Positions 1 to 11,151 of a stretch of DNA of 64,000 nt are shown piece by piece. The stretch's first letter is position 1, and every line of letters begins with the position of its first letter. The notes beneath the pieces are model-generated. The model was not told the origin of the DNA and did not search any database. It worked only from the letters and a program-made list of their open reading frames with translations. The stretch comes from Klebsormidium nitens (lineage: Eukaryota > Plantae > Klebsormidiophyceae), in the NCBI GenBank assembly GCA_000708835.1, contig DF237115.1, positions 1 to 64,000 of the forward strand. Reading direction: 5' to 3'. Made by a program: the position numbers and the translations under genes.

Positions 1-236
1 GATTTCGACGCGTTAGGAGAAGATGATATGTAGAAAGCGTCATAAAGCGTTTATAAAACCGACACATCGAATGCTCTTGGCGACAGATAGAGTTAACCCT
101 TAATAGGTATAAGAGATTAGCGGCAGCTGAGCAGGGCAGCAGCAGTGGGCCCTGCACGGTAGTCTTGAGCAGCTATAGCTTTTATGACGAGTTGATTCAA
201 AGCGGTGGCGCGCAGATCCTCTTCCTTGTTGCCAGC

Positions 237-1523
237 ATGGCTACTATCGCAAGCGTCAAATGGTCGAGCCCTTTGCATGTACAGGGCGTTTTGAGAATTG
301 GAAGAGAAGAGAGGTTGCCTGGAACTTGCCTAACATGCATCGCAAACGGAAATGCTGACAAGCAGAGAGGGTCGTGGCACCTGATTGGCGGCAGCCCTGG
401 CTTGAAAAGCCGGTTTTCTGCTCAGAGCACTTGCTGGCAGAGTTTGAAGGAGAGGCAAAAGTTACGAGGTAAGGTTACTTGTGCAAGCTTGTTTTCCTTG
501 CACAATTGAGGATAATACACCACCTTGATACATCCCCACAGCTTTCCCTGGTACACTCAGAAAACAAATGGAGTGCTGATGGAGTGCCTGAGCTTGCATC
601 CTTGCATCTATCAACCATCCAGTGTCTCAAGCAGCAGCACATTCATCGCAGACAATCTGATGTTTCTTGGAAAGAAACATAAGTATCTGAACACTCTGTA
701 GATCTCCATTCTCCATACCACCAGCAATTTTATTGTACTTAATTGGTGGACGCCCACCATCAAAGCACCTACATATAGCAGATCTCTCTGGATCACCATC
801 GCTTATTGTGGCAGTTTGTCTTCCCTGAAGTTGATGGCCAGCAATTCCACCTCCTAACGGGTTGTCAAGAGCTTAGTGGTGTTGGGGATATGGGTGGACG
901 GCAAGAGACCAATTCAATAATCCATTGAATATTGTGCTTGATGACAGGAAGCGTTCTGCGAGCAGCGGCTGATTCGGAAGCAGAGAACGTAGAGGCGCAA
1001 GATATACCACAGGCTGCTAGTCCGGATTCTTTTTTGTCATACGAGGAGGCAGGGCTTGTGGAGTTCGCAACTAACCTAGATATGCATGAGCGCTTCTTGG
1101 CGCGACTTACGGTGAGTTGCCTCACATCCAAATCCGCATACGAAGGGTGCAATTGCCAATGAGTGATTGTTCTATTCTAGCACAGCTGAAGATGCAATGT
1201 GCATTTGGTCGACCTTGAAAAGCGAAATAGATGTTTCATCATCTGGGACTTGTGTGCAGTGCCCTCTGTTTGAATTTAACTCCAGTGGACTTAGCCCAGT
1301 GTTCATGAATGTTACTCAGATCCTTCTATCGTTGCAGATATCATCCCTCAACCTGTTGAGGGTCATCTCGAAACAAGAGGGGGTTCCCATTGAGGAGCTA
1401 AATGCTGGCCGTGTTGTAGACTGGTTCTCCAAAGATAAAGAGAAGCGGAAAGAAGATGTAAATTCAGCGGTCCTGAAGTGGCCGTCGATGCCCGATGACG
1501 ACTTTCAGAATTCTATCTGGTAG
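237..1523 (+). CDS. CRR9: Plastid protein, CRR9-like (NDH subcomplex A assembly factor); 3 exons, 193 aa
   Basis: Exons 237-468, 948-1111 and 1338-1523 join in frame with GT-AG introns. Core SFLSYEEAGLVEF...MHERFLARLT|ISSLNLLRVISKQEGVPIEELNAGRVVDWF...SAVLKW matches my recollection of land-plant CRR9. The N-terminus is transit-peptide-like. The family name is from memory, not a search. Confidence 0.6.
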
Positions 1524-2129
1524 TAGATTCTAAGATCGATTTTGCATTTTGGTTGCGGCTCAGTCGGACTTTCTCAGGTCCCAAGTTCAGCAGCGGTTTT
1601 GGGCGTTATTCGTGCAATTGGATTCTGACACCACCTTATGCTTGCGGTTCTGCCTAGCTCAAACGCCATCTAAAAGTTGTACTGTGAGTTTAGTACAGGT
1701 TCTGAAGCCCTATCACATCGGCACATGATGAGCATAGCGGGCCTGAGTGAACCGAGTGAACTCCTTCAGTAATTGCAATGGAACAATAGCTTGCAGTATG
1801 ATTTCACCGTTCCACTGTCACCTTTAATGAGTGAGTCTGAGCGCTGTGTGTACTAGCTCATACATGTACATAGCACCATTGGAAACGGGTCGGAGACCCT
1901 GTGAATATATATATATTGTCTGATGCCTTTCTTGATGTCAAACAAGCTCGATCGAACCTACACGAAATCGATCGTATATGCATACATCCGCAAACCTGCA
2001 GACTGCAGTCAACTAGCTTTTAATCATGCAAGAGCATAATTGAGTTGAGGATACCCCGGCGCAGCTAGTTGCATGCACTCCCCGATGCACTCATGTTGTC
2101 AATCGCGGTTCACTCTCAATTTCATGAAA

Positions 2130-2306
2130 CTCAAGAAAAATAATAGTAAGCCCAGATAATAGTAAGGTAACCGCACTGTGACGGGTAGGGTTAGTATGGT
2201 GGTTAGGGTGGGTACGAGTGCGGAGCGGGTGTTTTATATTAAGGTTAGGGTTTTTAGTGTTAGTCGGAGCTTACTATTATCTTGGCCTACTATTATCTTT
2301 CTTGAG
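2130..2306. mobile_element. Fold-back/MITE-like element with 37-bp inverted repeats and a telomere-like (GGTTAGGG) core, copy 1
   Basis: 2130-2166 (ctcaagaaaaataatagtaagcccagataatagtaag) is the reverse complement of 2270-2306 at 34/37 positions. The interior has gggtagggttag and ggttagggt motifs. A diverged second copy lies at 46549-46723. No TSD was identified. Confidence 0.65.
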
Positions 2307-3223
2307 AGTTGTCTCAATTTCCCGCCCGTGATGGTCACTCAAACTTTTAAGACTCAGGGGTAATCCATCTTGAGCACGTTCGAGACCTGCAAAGCCAACA
2401 AAGATTGAAGAAATTCGTTGCGATCATGATAAGAGTCTTAAGTCAACAAAATTAGGAAGCTAGCTGTCCTGTTTCGAGGATGCCACATAAACGACACCGA
2501 ATGTCAATCCAGGTCTGACCCGGAGGTGCATTTGCCAAAGATTCAAGCTCAGCACTGGTGCAGCTGTCGAATCGCAGAAGGACTAAATGGCTGGAAATTA
2601 GCTTCGATGGTACGCTTGGTCGGAAAGAGCACTACTGCAAGATCCAGATCCTCGGAAGAGACCTTGTCTAGAGGCGAAGCTGCCGGCTAGCTGCGCAGCT
2701 CTGCTACTCGGCTACATTGCAGCCGTTGATCACCAGCTTGACGATCCAACTTTTCTGCTTCTGCTCCTCTGCAGATCTATTATGATGTCGACAGCTGTGC
2801 GCCTTCAACCAGTAGCATACAAGTATCAGCGTCCGTATCCCTGCAGCACACAGGCAAAGTACAGCTCTGCTGTAATTTGCGCATGCAAGGTGAACGGATG
2901 CAATGGTCCTTTCCACTTCAACAAGGGTCAATTGTCTTCAAGCCTGGACGGCTACTGGACGGTATACCAGCAACACCAAAACCTAGCGCTTTGAAGTCCT
3001 CCAGCCGATTGAGTCAGGATTGTGAGGCCATTCCTCCTTGGCACCTCTTGGAAAGGCGAGCAAGCGAATGATCCGCCGATCAATCTTGTGTACCTGACAA
3101 TCAAACATGAAGTCAAGGAAATCTGAGAGCAAAGCTCTGTGATTGACACCGGACTGTGTCGGCGTTGGGACCAACTACGTGACGAGTCCCAGAGCCAACC
3201 TGTACCTACAGAGCATCGAAGAG

Positions 3224-5370
3224 ATGGACAAACTAAGAAACAAAGAGCTTCTCTCAATCCAGACTTTTGCCTTGCTGGTGTTGTTTGCTGCTTGCTCCGC
3301 TTTGCTTCTGTTGCGCGCTGAAGAGGTGAGTCAACCTTTCTGTGGAAATTTCGATGATGGTGAATTGTCTTCCAACTAGGTTCGAGAGCAAGCACTCTGC
3401 TTTATGCAGATGGAACGCAGAAACTAGCTTTCGGACTTAAACATGCGCTGTCTCTTCTTCTGTGATTCGGATGCAATATTGTGTTCTGAAGTTGAGAGAC
3501 TGCGAACCTTTACTTTGACACCTTATTATGTTCACACTGATGCATTCTGAATGCTCAAGAACAGTATCGAGCCCTGCAAGCTCCATTCTGCACTGTCTAT
3601 ATGATGTTCAGGAGAAAGTGTTCAGGACTTTTCAGCCAGAGATTGTGAAACGGACTTCGATTCTGGACCATGTGCAGATTCGTCAGAAAATTGGTCAACT
3701 GAATGGAACCTCAGACAACCTGCTCTTTGAAGATAAGGAGGGAAAGACCTGCAAAGAGTTTCACATACGGATGACTAGCCAACCAGTTCTGGCTGGTGTT
3801 TACGGATTTCTGTCCTCCGTCGTGCCGTTGGAAACGAAAGAGATGGAATATGCTACAGAAATAACCATCATACCCTCTCCAACCATCAAGAGCAGTCAAT
3901 TCGTGTCAATTGCAGAGAAAGTAGCCAGAAGACGGCACGCGCTTGCGGCTCCATTGATACCAGATCTTAGCATAGGAAAAGTCCTTCGCAGCGGATGGCT
4001 TGGAACCACAGAAGCTTACATTCAGGAGGTGGACAAAGCTTCGCTCAGGCTCACTTTGCAACAGCTCAAACCCAATGTTCCGATGAAAGCCTTAGTCAGT
4101 AGCGACACTCAAGCAGCTGCAGCATCTCAAGCCACATCCAAGAAAGTCGAAGCTCCAAAGCATGTGCCAGCTTCCTTTCTTCCAGATTACCAAAAGAAAG
4201 GAGTTGAAGGCCTTCTGAAACTCCTGTTGCATACAAGAAACGTTGACAGCATCACAAGTCTCACACTGCTTGAGAACGGTTGTGATGTAACTGGAGCCGT
4301 AGGCCAGTATCTCAGCCAGTACGTTGGTACTTATATAGGGGTCAACTGTGGGTTCGAGAACAAGGACGTGCCCGAGAACCTTAAGTACTCAGCAGAGAAC
4401 GCAATCTTCATCAGCACCGACTGTGGCCCTCTTCCATTCCAAGATAACTCTTTCGACGTTGTGTTTTCGGACAACGTTCTCGAGCATGCTCAGCCTGTGG
4501 ATCTTTTCCTGCGGGAAAGCCACCGAGTCCTAAAGCAGAAAGGCATTGCTTACTTCAGCTGGGGCCCGATCTGGACAGGTAGGTTCTCCTTTTCAAAAGG
4601 CTGTGAATCTGGATTCCAATCAGCTTGCAGGATACATGCTTGTTGCGATACCAGTTTCTCGATCGAGTAGAGAGGCCGATGCTACTTCAGTCAGGATCAT
4701 CGCTCGACATTTTGCTGGTGGATGAGCAGTTCATAAAGTTACGAAAAAATCACCTTCTGACGTCGTAAGGAAGTGGCTAAATTGCTTCTGGAAAAGACGT
4801 TTGAAAAAGCGCCACAAAATCTGGTAGCAGAGACAATCTCGTCACCTTTCAGCAAAATCCATTCTATCTTTCATTTTGACAGGTCCGTTTGGACACCACG
4901 TGCACGAAGACATGGTCCAGAGGCGCGCGAAGCGGCTGAACACGACAAGCACGTACCGGAACGACGGAACGGTCATACCGCCCTGGGGTCATCTCCTTTT
5001 CAGCCCCGAGCAGCTTCGCGAGCAGCTTTCTAAGACGAAGGGCTTCGGAACTCCCCAGCTCATAGATGGGATCGTCCAATACGTCTACTCGGACAACAAT
5101 CTGAACCGGGTCGGCTTCAGTGAGATACTGAGACTGATCGAGTCCTTGGATTGGAAGCCAGTCCCGGAGTTCCACGCATGCGAAACTGCTGGAGAAGTGC
5201 ACGGTCTGGATCCCGATTCGACCCTGCCCAGCTTCGAAGAAGAGCTTCCCCAGGAGGCTGTCGTGAGGCCCATTCTGGATCTGTCTCGGCTCGATCGTGC
5301 GGTAGAAGCTTTTCCGTATGAGACGAGATTCGACATAGGGTTCTGCAGGCTGGCATTCATTAAGACGTAG
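3224..5370 (+). CDS. Type II membrane-anchored class I SAM-dependent methyltransferase (Methyltransf_11-like); 3 exons, 496 aa
   Basis: Exons 3224-3325, 3678-4578 and 4883-5370 have consistent phases. N-terminal hydrophobic anchor FALLVLFAACSALLLL. Methyltransferase motifs LLENGCD, LPFQDNSFDVVFSDNVLEH and LRESHRVLKQKG, followed by WGPIWTG|PFGHH and PPWGHLLFSPEQLRE. Confidence 0.8.
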
Positions 5371-6328
5371 GCGCGCGGGCAGCGCAGAACTGAGAAGAGA
5401 GTAACCTGATTAGCCAGGCAGATCGATTGACAATTTGATTTCACGGGGCGTCGTTTTCTGCGTCAGAAAATTGGATATGATGGTGCGGTCATGGGCGGCG
5501 GCAATTTCGTAGGCGCACTGAATGAGCTCGTTTAAGGAACTTCGTGTCAGTGACTTCGATTATGTTCATGAGCAACCCAATTTTGAACGAGATGAATTGG
5601 CGTACGTTTTACGGTGTCACATGAGCGTCACATGGTCTTCATGCTTACGTCTTCACCTTCAGGTGTTACGGCAACCAAGTTCTTTCTGTGCATACCTAGG
5701 CGCCAGCTGCGCCAAGCTTTCGAGCCATGGCCGGATCAAGGAATCGCTCAACGGTGCATAACTATACCGCGTTCACGCATGCACGCGGGCAGCAGGCTGT
5801 GGCGTCTGCTTGCGATCATGTGCAATGAAGCCTGTGCGGTGCAGGCTGGCGGCCTGGGACAGCAGGCCACCGTGAGTCCGTCCTGAGTGGCAGTTGGGAT
5901 ACGATTGGATACGCAGGTCGTCCGACGGCATGCCGGCGAGGCCTGGGAGTGACTATCCATCGCAGTGCCACTCAGGACCTTGATTTAAAGTATACTAAAC
6001 GATTTAGAGTGCCGAAGTTTAGATTTTGCTACCGTTTGCGGAAATCGCATGCCAGTATTGGCTAGCTCTTGGCTGACATCAGCTTATGGCATTCTGTAAA
6101 CAAACAGCGATCCATGTTCCCTTCTGCACCTGAAGTCAGGCATGCTTGGCACGATAAACCGACTTCCCATCTGTTCTCGACAAGCATGGCCAATCTATAG
6201 CTGATGAGCAGCTCCGATAAAGCTCTATATACCCCGGTTGCACAATGTATTGCTCAGAAACGAACTGGATGTGTCGGTCGCGTATCAAGTCTCTCCGAAA
6301 ATCCTCCTGGCAGCTGCCATGACTACTC

Positions 6329-8290
6329 CTAATTGTCGTCACCCGCCCCTCCTTGCCCCGCAATGTATGTTATGTAGATTGTCCACAAGAAGGACGCAGT
6401 GTTGTTGGTCAGAGGCTGCAAAATCAAAGCAATTCCAGCATAAGGTGACGACAAAAACCCAAAAGCGAGGAAGCGGGACAAGCCGAGCTTGATTGGTGTG
6501 TCAACAATTCGTACGAGTACGTCGTCCAACCAAACGCGTCACTGATCGAACGACACCCCTGGGAACGAGAAGGAGTAAAGCGAATGAACCAAAGCGACAA
6601 GCAGCGAGCTACATCAAACCTCTCTACTAAGAGGTTTTACGAAATTGAGCTCACCATCAAATGTACTGGTACTCGTGAATAAGTGAAGAGGTCGATCAGC
6701 GGCCAGTAAGTCAGCCCAGCCTTCAAAGTAGGTATCAAGTCGCGCTTCAACCTGGCCCAAATAGCATCCGCATTTTCTCCTGTGAGATCGGAAGGGACCG
6801 TTTAGAGAGGGTCGCAGAAAGAAAAGACGATTGGGAATCTCTTACAGGCATTAAACAAGGGAGTCGAGTGAAACTTCAACGAGCTGCTTTGAAGCCGTGG
6901 ACCACTGTCTGCTGGCTGGAACGGAAGGTATCAAATCAAGATTGTCTTTAGAAAACCCAGGTGAGCTTGGGACAGAATGAGCCTCAGTAAGCAGCGAAAG
7001 TAGTGAAGTATTGAAGACGTGCAACAGAACAGTCCCTAGATCTACGGGTCTATGTCGGTTGTCCCTCACCTTGCAAGGCAGCATTCAATGAGTAGAATAT
7101 GGCGGTGAAGAGCGGTCCTACAGTTGTCTGTCCGATGAAGATCTTCTTACACACGCTGATCAAGTCCCGCCCAGGATACATCCTGGTCATCAAGCCAAAC
7201 CAGAAATGAAGAAGGGGCCCCGACATGAAAAGGCCAAAGGCAGCCATACGGAGCGAGCGCGGAAAGTCGTATCCCCCTTCCCAGCCTGCGACAGAAAGCT
7301 AAAAGGTCAGAATTAATAGCTGGACCGTGACGGGGAGTTCCAACTGCTTCTGCGAAAGGAGCACGTCCAAGAGATTGCTGCAAACTGTGGCATCACTTCT
7401 TTCCTCCAGTGCTTCAGCTAGAAATGCTTCCACAGTACTTTCCCAAGACACTTGACTGTCCATCATCCAAAGTGCCACGTGCGCACGGTATACTGAAGTC
7501 TCAGGACCTAGCGCGAGAGTGTCGATACATTGTGACGCATATTGAGGAGTTTCCATAGACTTCAGCAAGGTTGCGAAGACCCACCTCCTAAAGCCTGAGC
7601 GCAGAGATCTGACGCCACAAAGATCGCTCCCGCAGTCAGACTCTTTACCAGCAGCGGTTTCTCCTCGATCGTTTGCAGGTACCACTCAATAAAGCGCTTT
7701 CCAGGATAGCTGGTCTCATTCGCTTTCGCAGCTGTTCCACCGCTTGCTTCACCCCCAAGTTCCTTCGCAATCCTTGTGGCCCCACTGAAAAACCTGCTTG
7801 ATGTCTGCTGCGAAAACGCTTTCCCCACGATAGATCTGATCTCAGCTGCAGAGAAAGCTAGTCTTTTGCCATGAGTGGCTTGCTGAGTAGTGATGGCCTT
7901 CTGTGCGAGCGTTGCTTGTTGGTTGAATGGACGCAAATGCCTGCTGATAAGCGAAACGTTTCGGTTTGTTGGCTTTCCCCAGAGGGAGGTTGCTAGGCTT
8001 GAGCTGCTTGCTGAAGATGTTCCATGAGAGCCAGCGAACCGTGCAATGGAGGGGGTCGCGGAGGCAGCAAAGAACTGCTTTGCACTCTGACTTGAACCAA
8101 AGGAAGCAAGCTCCTTGAGGCCTCTTCCGGTGCTTGCTACGGAGGCCAAGTTTCGAGGTGTCTGCACAGACTGGAGTGCAATCCCCTCGAGCCAAGAGCC
8201 ATAAACTTGCAGTTTGAAGCTTCCTAGACTGAAACCTTGAGCAAGAGATGCACCACCCCGGAACCCCTGAAGGAGCATCTTGGCTGTCAT
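6329..8290 (-). CDS. Mpv17/PMP22 family membrane protein with long N-terminal targeting extension; 4 exons, 377 aa
   Basis: Exons 8290-7585, 7285-7070, 6779-6655 and 6415-6329 join in frame. Family motifs WYLQTIEEKPLLVKSLTAGAIFVASDLCAQ, YDFPRSLRMAAFG...GPLLHFWF, KKIFIGQTTVGP, LKRDLIPTLKAGLTYWP and NNTASFLWTIYITY. Confidence 0.9.
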
Positions 8291-9033
8291 GTTGCCAGCA
8301 GATCTCTAGCTTATCAATGCCAATAGCGTGCTGAAGCTTAAGCTGAACTCAGTAGCCGCAGCTTGCATGCATCGAAATTGGGTTCACGAATCACGTGCCT
8401 GTCCAATCGAAAACAGATTGGACCAATCTTTCCAATGCCAGGACGTTCTCAGATCCACTAACTTAAAACAAGCAGAGTGTCAGCTTTCATGGCCAAGTGA
8501 ACAGAGACGACCGTCCGCCAAGCTACTCCTATTTTGAAAAACCTAAAGAAGGATAAGAAGCAGGCCTCCCAGGGGCCATGCATCAACGCCTCTGCACGCA
8601 GCACGCCTTTCCAGAATTGGCAGAGAAAATGAAACCCCCCAGATCTTTCCTGGCACCAATGGCAGTGGCAAACGCTTGCCTAGCTTGCTCTCAAAACATC
8701 GTCACCCCGCCCAACCCATACACAGGACATCAAGCGCATATTTCGGATAGGGTTTTTGGAAAGAACCGGTTGTCAACCTCTAGCGTTCCCTCTTTCGACC
8801 TGAGGCTCGAGCCGCCTCGTGCCGAAGAAGTTTCTAACGAATGGTGGCGACCAGACGCCTCGCTTCCTCCTTGGGCCGTGCCTGCGGCAGTGGGAAAACT
8901 TTAGACAGAGAGTGTGGAGAATCTAGAACCGGCAGGGCCCACACTACAACCGGCATCCTTTGGTCGCCCTCTGGGGCCCGGGGCCTCGGTCCAACCTCTT
9001 GAAGACCCAGGAAGACTCAGACGGAGAGTCAGA

Positions 9034-9057
9034 GACTCGGACTCGGACTCGGACTCG
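9034..9057. repeat. (GACTCG)4 microsatellite upstream of QCR8
   Basis: Four perfect GACTCG units at 9034-9057. Confidence 0.85.
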
Positions 9058-9193
9058 GAGACCGAAGGCTTCAAAGCTTCAGGCAGAAACTTGAAGTGCA
9101 GAAAACCTGCCAGTGCAGGAAAAGGGGAGCGCTAGCTTGCGACGTTCTGACTCTGAGCGGTGAGCACTAGAGGACCTTCCCACAGGGGCAAAG

Positions 9194-10181
9194 ATGGGGA
9201 AGACTCCGGTCCGCTTGAAGGAGGTGATCTACATGCTGTCCCCTCACGAGCAGAGGGCGTTGACCGGCCTCTTTCACGACATGCCTGGGAAGTTGCACAA
9301 GAAGATCTCAGAGAATTGGACTGACATCGTTTGCTTTGTTGCACCCGTCGTTGGAACAGTTTGGTAAGTGCTACAGCTTTGATTCACCAGGTTTTTATCC
9401 TGATGTGCTGTGAGACAACCCTAATGCTCTTTCAGGCCGCTCACTTCAGCTTTCTTCCAAAAATTATTCAAGATTGTCAATAGTGCAGATGGAATCTGAT
9501 GGAGGCAACGAGCTGTTGCTTCTCACAAACCCTCAATCGCCGGATCGTTGCCTTTGCTGCAAAAATATGTATGCAGGCCCTGAGTAAGGGCAGCTCTCTG
9601 ATGCAGTGGATCAGGCGTGTGGCTTATTATGCCTTTCTATGGGAACTTTGGAACTGCAATTTTCTAGAAGATCACCTGCATACCTTACCACTGAGGTTGG
9701 CAGAAGATTGTTGCGGAAGCTGTCTCCACCGCTGGACCATATTCGCACTAGATTCTGGTATGCTCAGGAGGGAATGTTGGCATCTGGAAAGAGGTCTTGA
9801 ATGGTTCTGAGTGCATGGCAGGTGATCGTCCTCTGGTATTCTGCATGATACACTGTTGGAAGAATCAAGCACGTGGTGCAATGCTTGTCGAATGAACCCC
9901 CTAATCAGAATTTTGCTGTGGTTTTTAGGATGCGGTTGATTGAACAGAACAGTCTGCATACGCTGCACTTCTCTGGCAGTAAAGAACCAGGCAGACCAAT
10001 CTTGTAAATATCGGTCCTGCATTGATTGACCAGCAAACATTCCCCCCATTTCTGATATCTGCTTTTTCCACAGATGAGAAAAGCTACGTGCAGAATTGAA
10101 GCCGATGACATTTAGTCTGCTGTATCCTGCAGGTATGCAAACGACTACATTGAGAAGGAGAAGCATCATCACAGATTTTAG
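9194..10181 (+). CDS. QCR8: Cytochrome b-c1 complex subunit 8 (UQCRQ/QCR8), plant type; 2 exons, 72 aa; missed by the ORF track
   Basis: Exons 9194-9363 and 10133-10181 give MGKTPVRLKEVIYMLSPHEQRALTGLFHDMPGKLHKKISENWTDIVCFVAPVVGTVWYANDYIEKEKHHHRF*, which has the size and motifs of plant QCR8. Confidence 0.93.
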
Positions 10182-11151
10182 GTCCGGAAGCCTTGTCTAG
10201 GATGTTGCACTAGCGCTTGCACTGCCCCATGGCTCCCTGCAGTTGCATGGTCACTACCGACCAGTTCGCTTGAAAGGTTGAGGCAAGCTGTTTTGGGTTG
10301 GGAGTTGAAGTCGCTGGGAAGGTCCAGCTGGCCGTTCCCACACCATATGAGCAACTTGACTGCGGACAGAAGTAAAGACTTGTTTCAGATTTTTCAATCT
10401 GCATTATTGATTTCCGAGTAAGGTGAGGGCAGTCGTTGCCTCGTCTATTTATGCTGCAAGTTGCACTGCAGCGGGTAAAGGCCTGCACGAGAATGCCGGC
10501 CAAGGTATATTGCAATGTGTTTCTGGTACATACGAGCAGTCAGGTTCCTAGCGCTGACCACATGCTGAGCCACATATTGTAATGGACATGTCTCAACGCG
10601 TAGCATGCAACAATGACAATGTGCACCAACATTCTCGGCCCACCGACGCAAACGTGTTATGCAGTTGCACATGAAGCGTAGCTGTAGAAGACGTTTTGAT
10701 AGGAGGCAAGACGCACATGGTCCATGTTCGCACGAGCTTGTATAGTCATGAGTCACTGCCAGCATGACAGCACACATATGCGCCTCATGCAAGCTGCAAA
10801 GATGGCATGGACCAATGCGGATCGGGCGGTTTGCCTCTACAGTATACTGTATCAATGATCCGGTGCCCATGGGCCGGCCCTTCTTAAGGGTTCAGCCCGC
10901 TCTACCAGAAGCCTGGCTAACAAACGATTAAGAATTGTGCTACGAGTTGACGAACAGACGCACCTATCATGTTATCAAATATGATGTATTGAACGCGCGA
11001 AGCCGTCAAGATTCAGACCTGAGCGACATGTTCAGAAGAGCGGCCGTCCAGGCTGGGGCTGCAGTGTCCTCGTATCTCTTCATACCATTGACCTCAAAGT
11101 ACTTTCTGTTCGCCCTGTACTGCTCCTATTGTCACGAGCTTGCTCCTGCTC

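Noticed and set aside
8578-9135. ORFs 8578-8904 and 8914-9135 between Mpv17 and QCR8
   Set aside because: No domain signal or codon bias. They lie in a divergent promoter/UTR region, and the DSDSDS run is just the GACTCG microsatellite.
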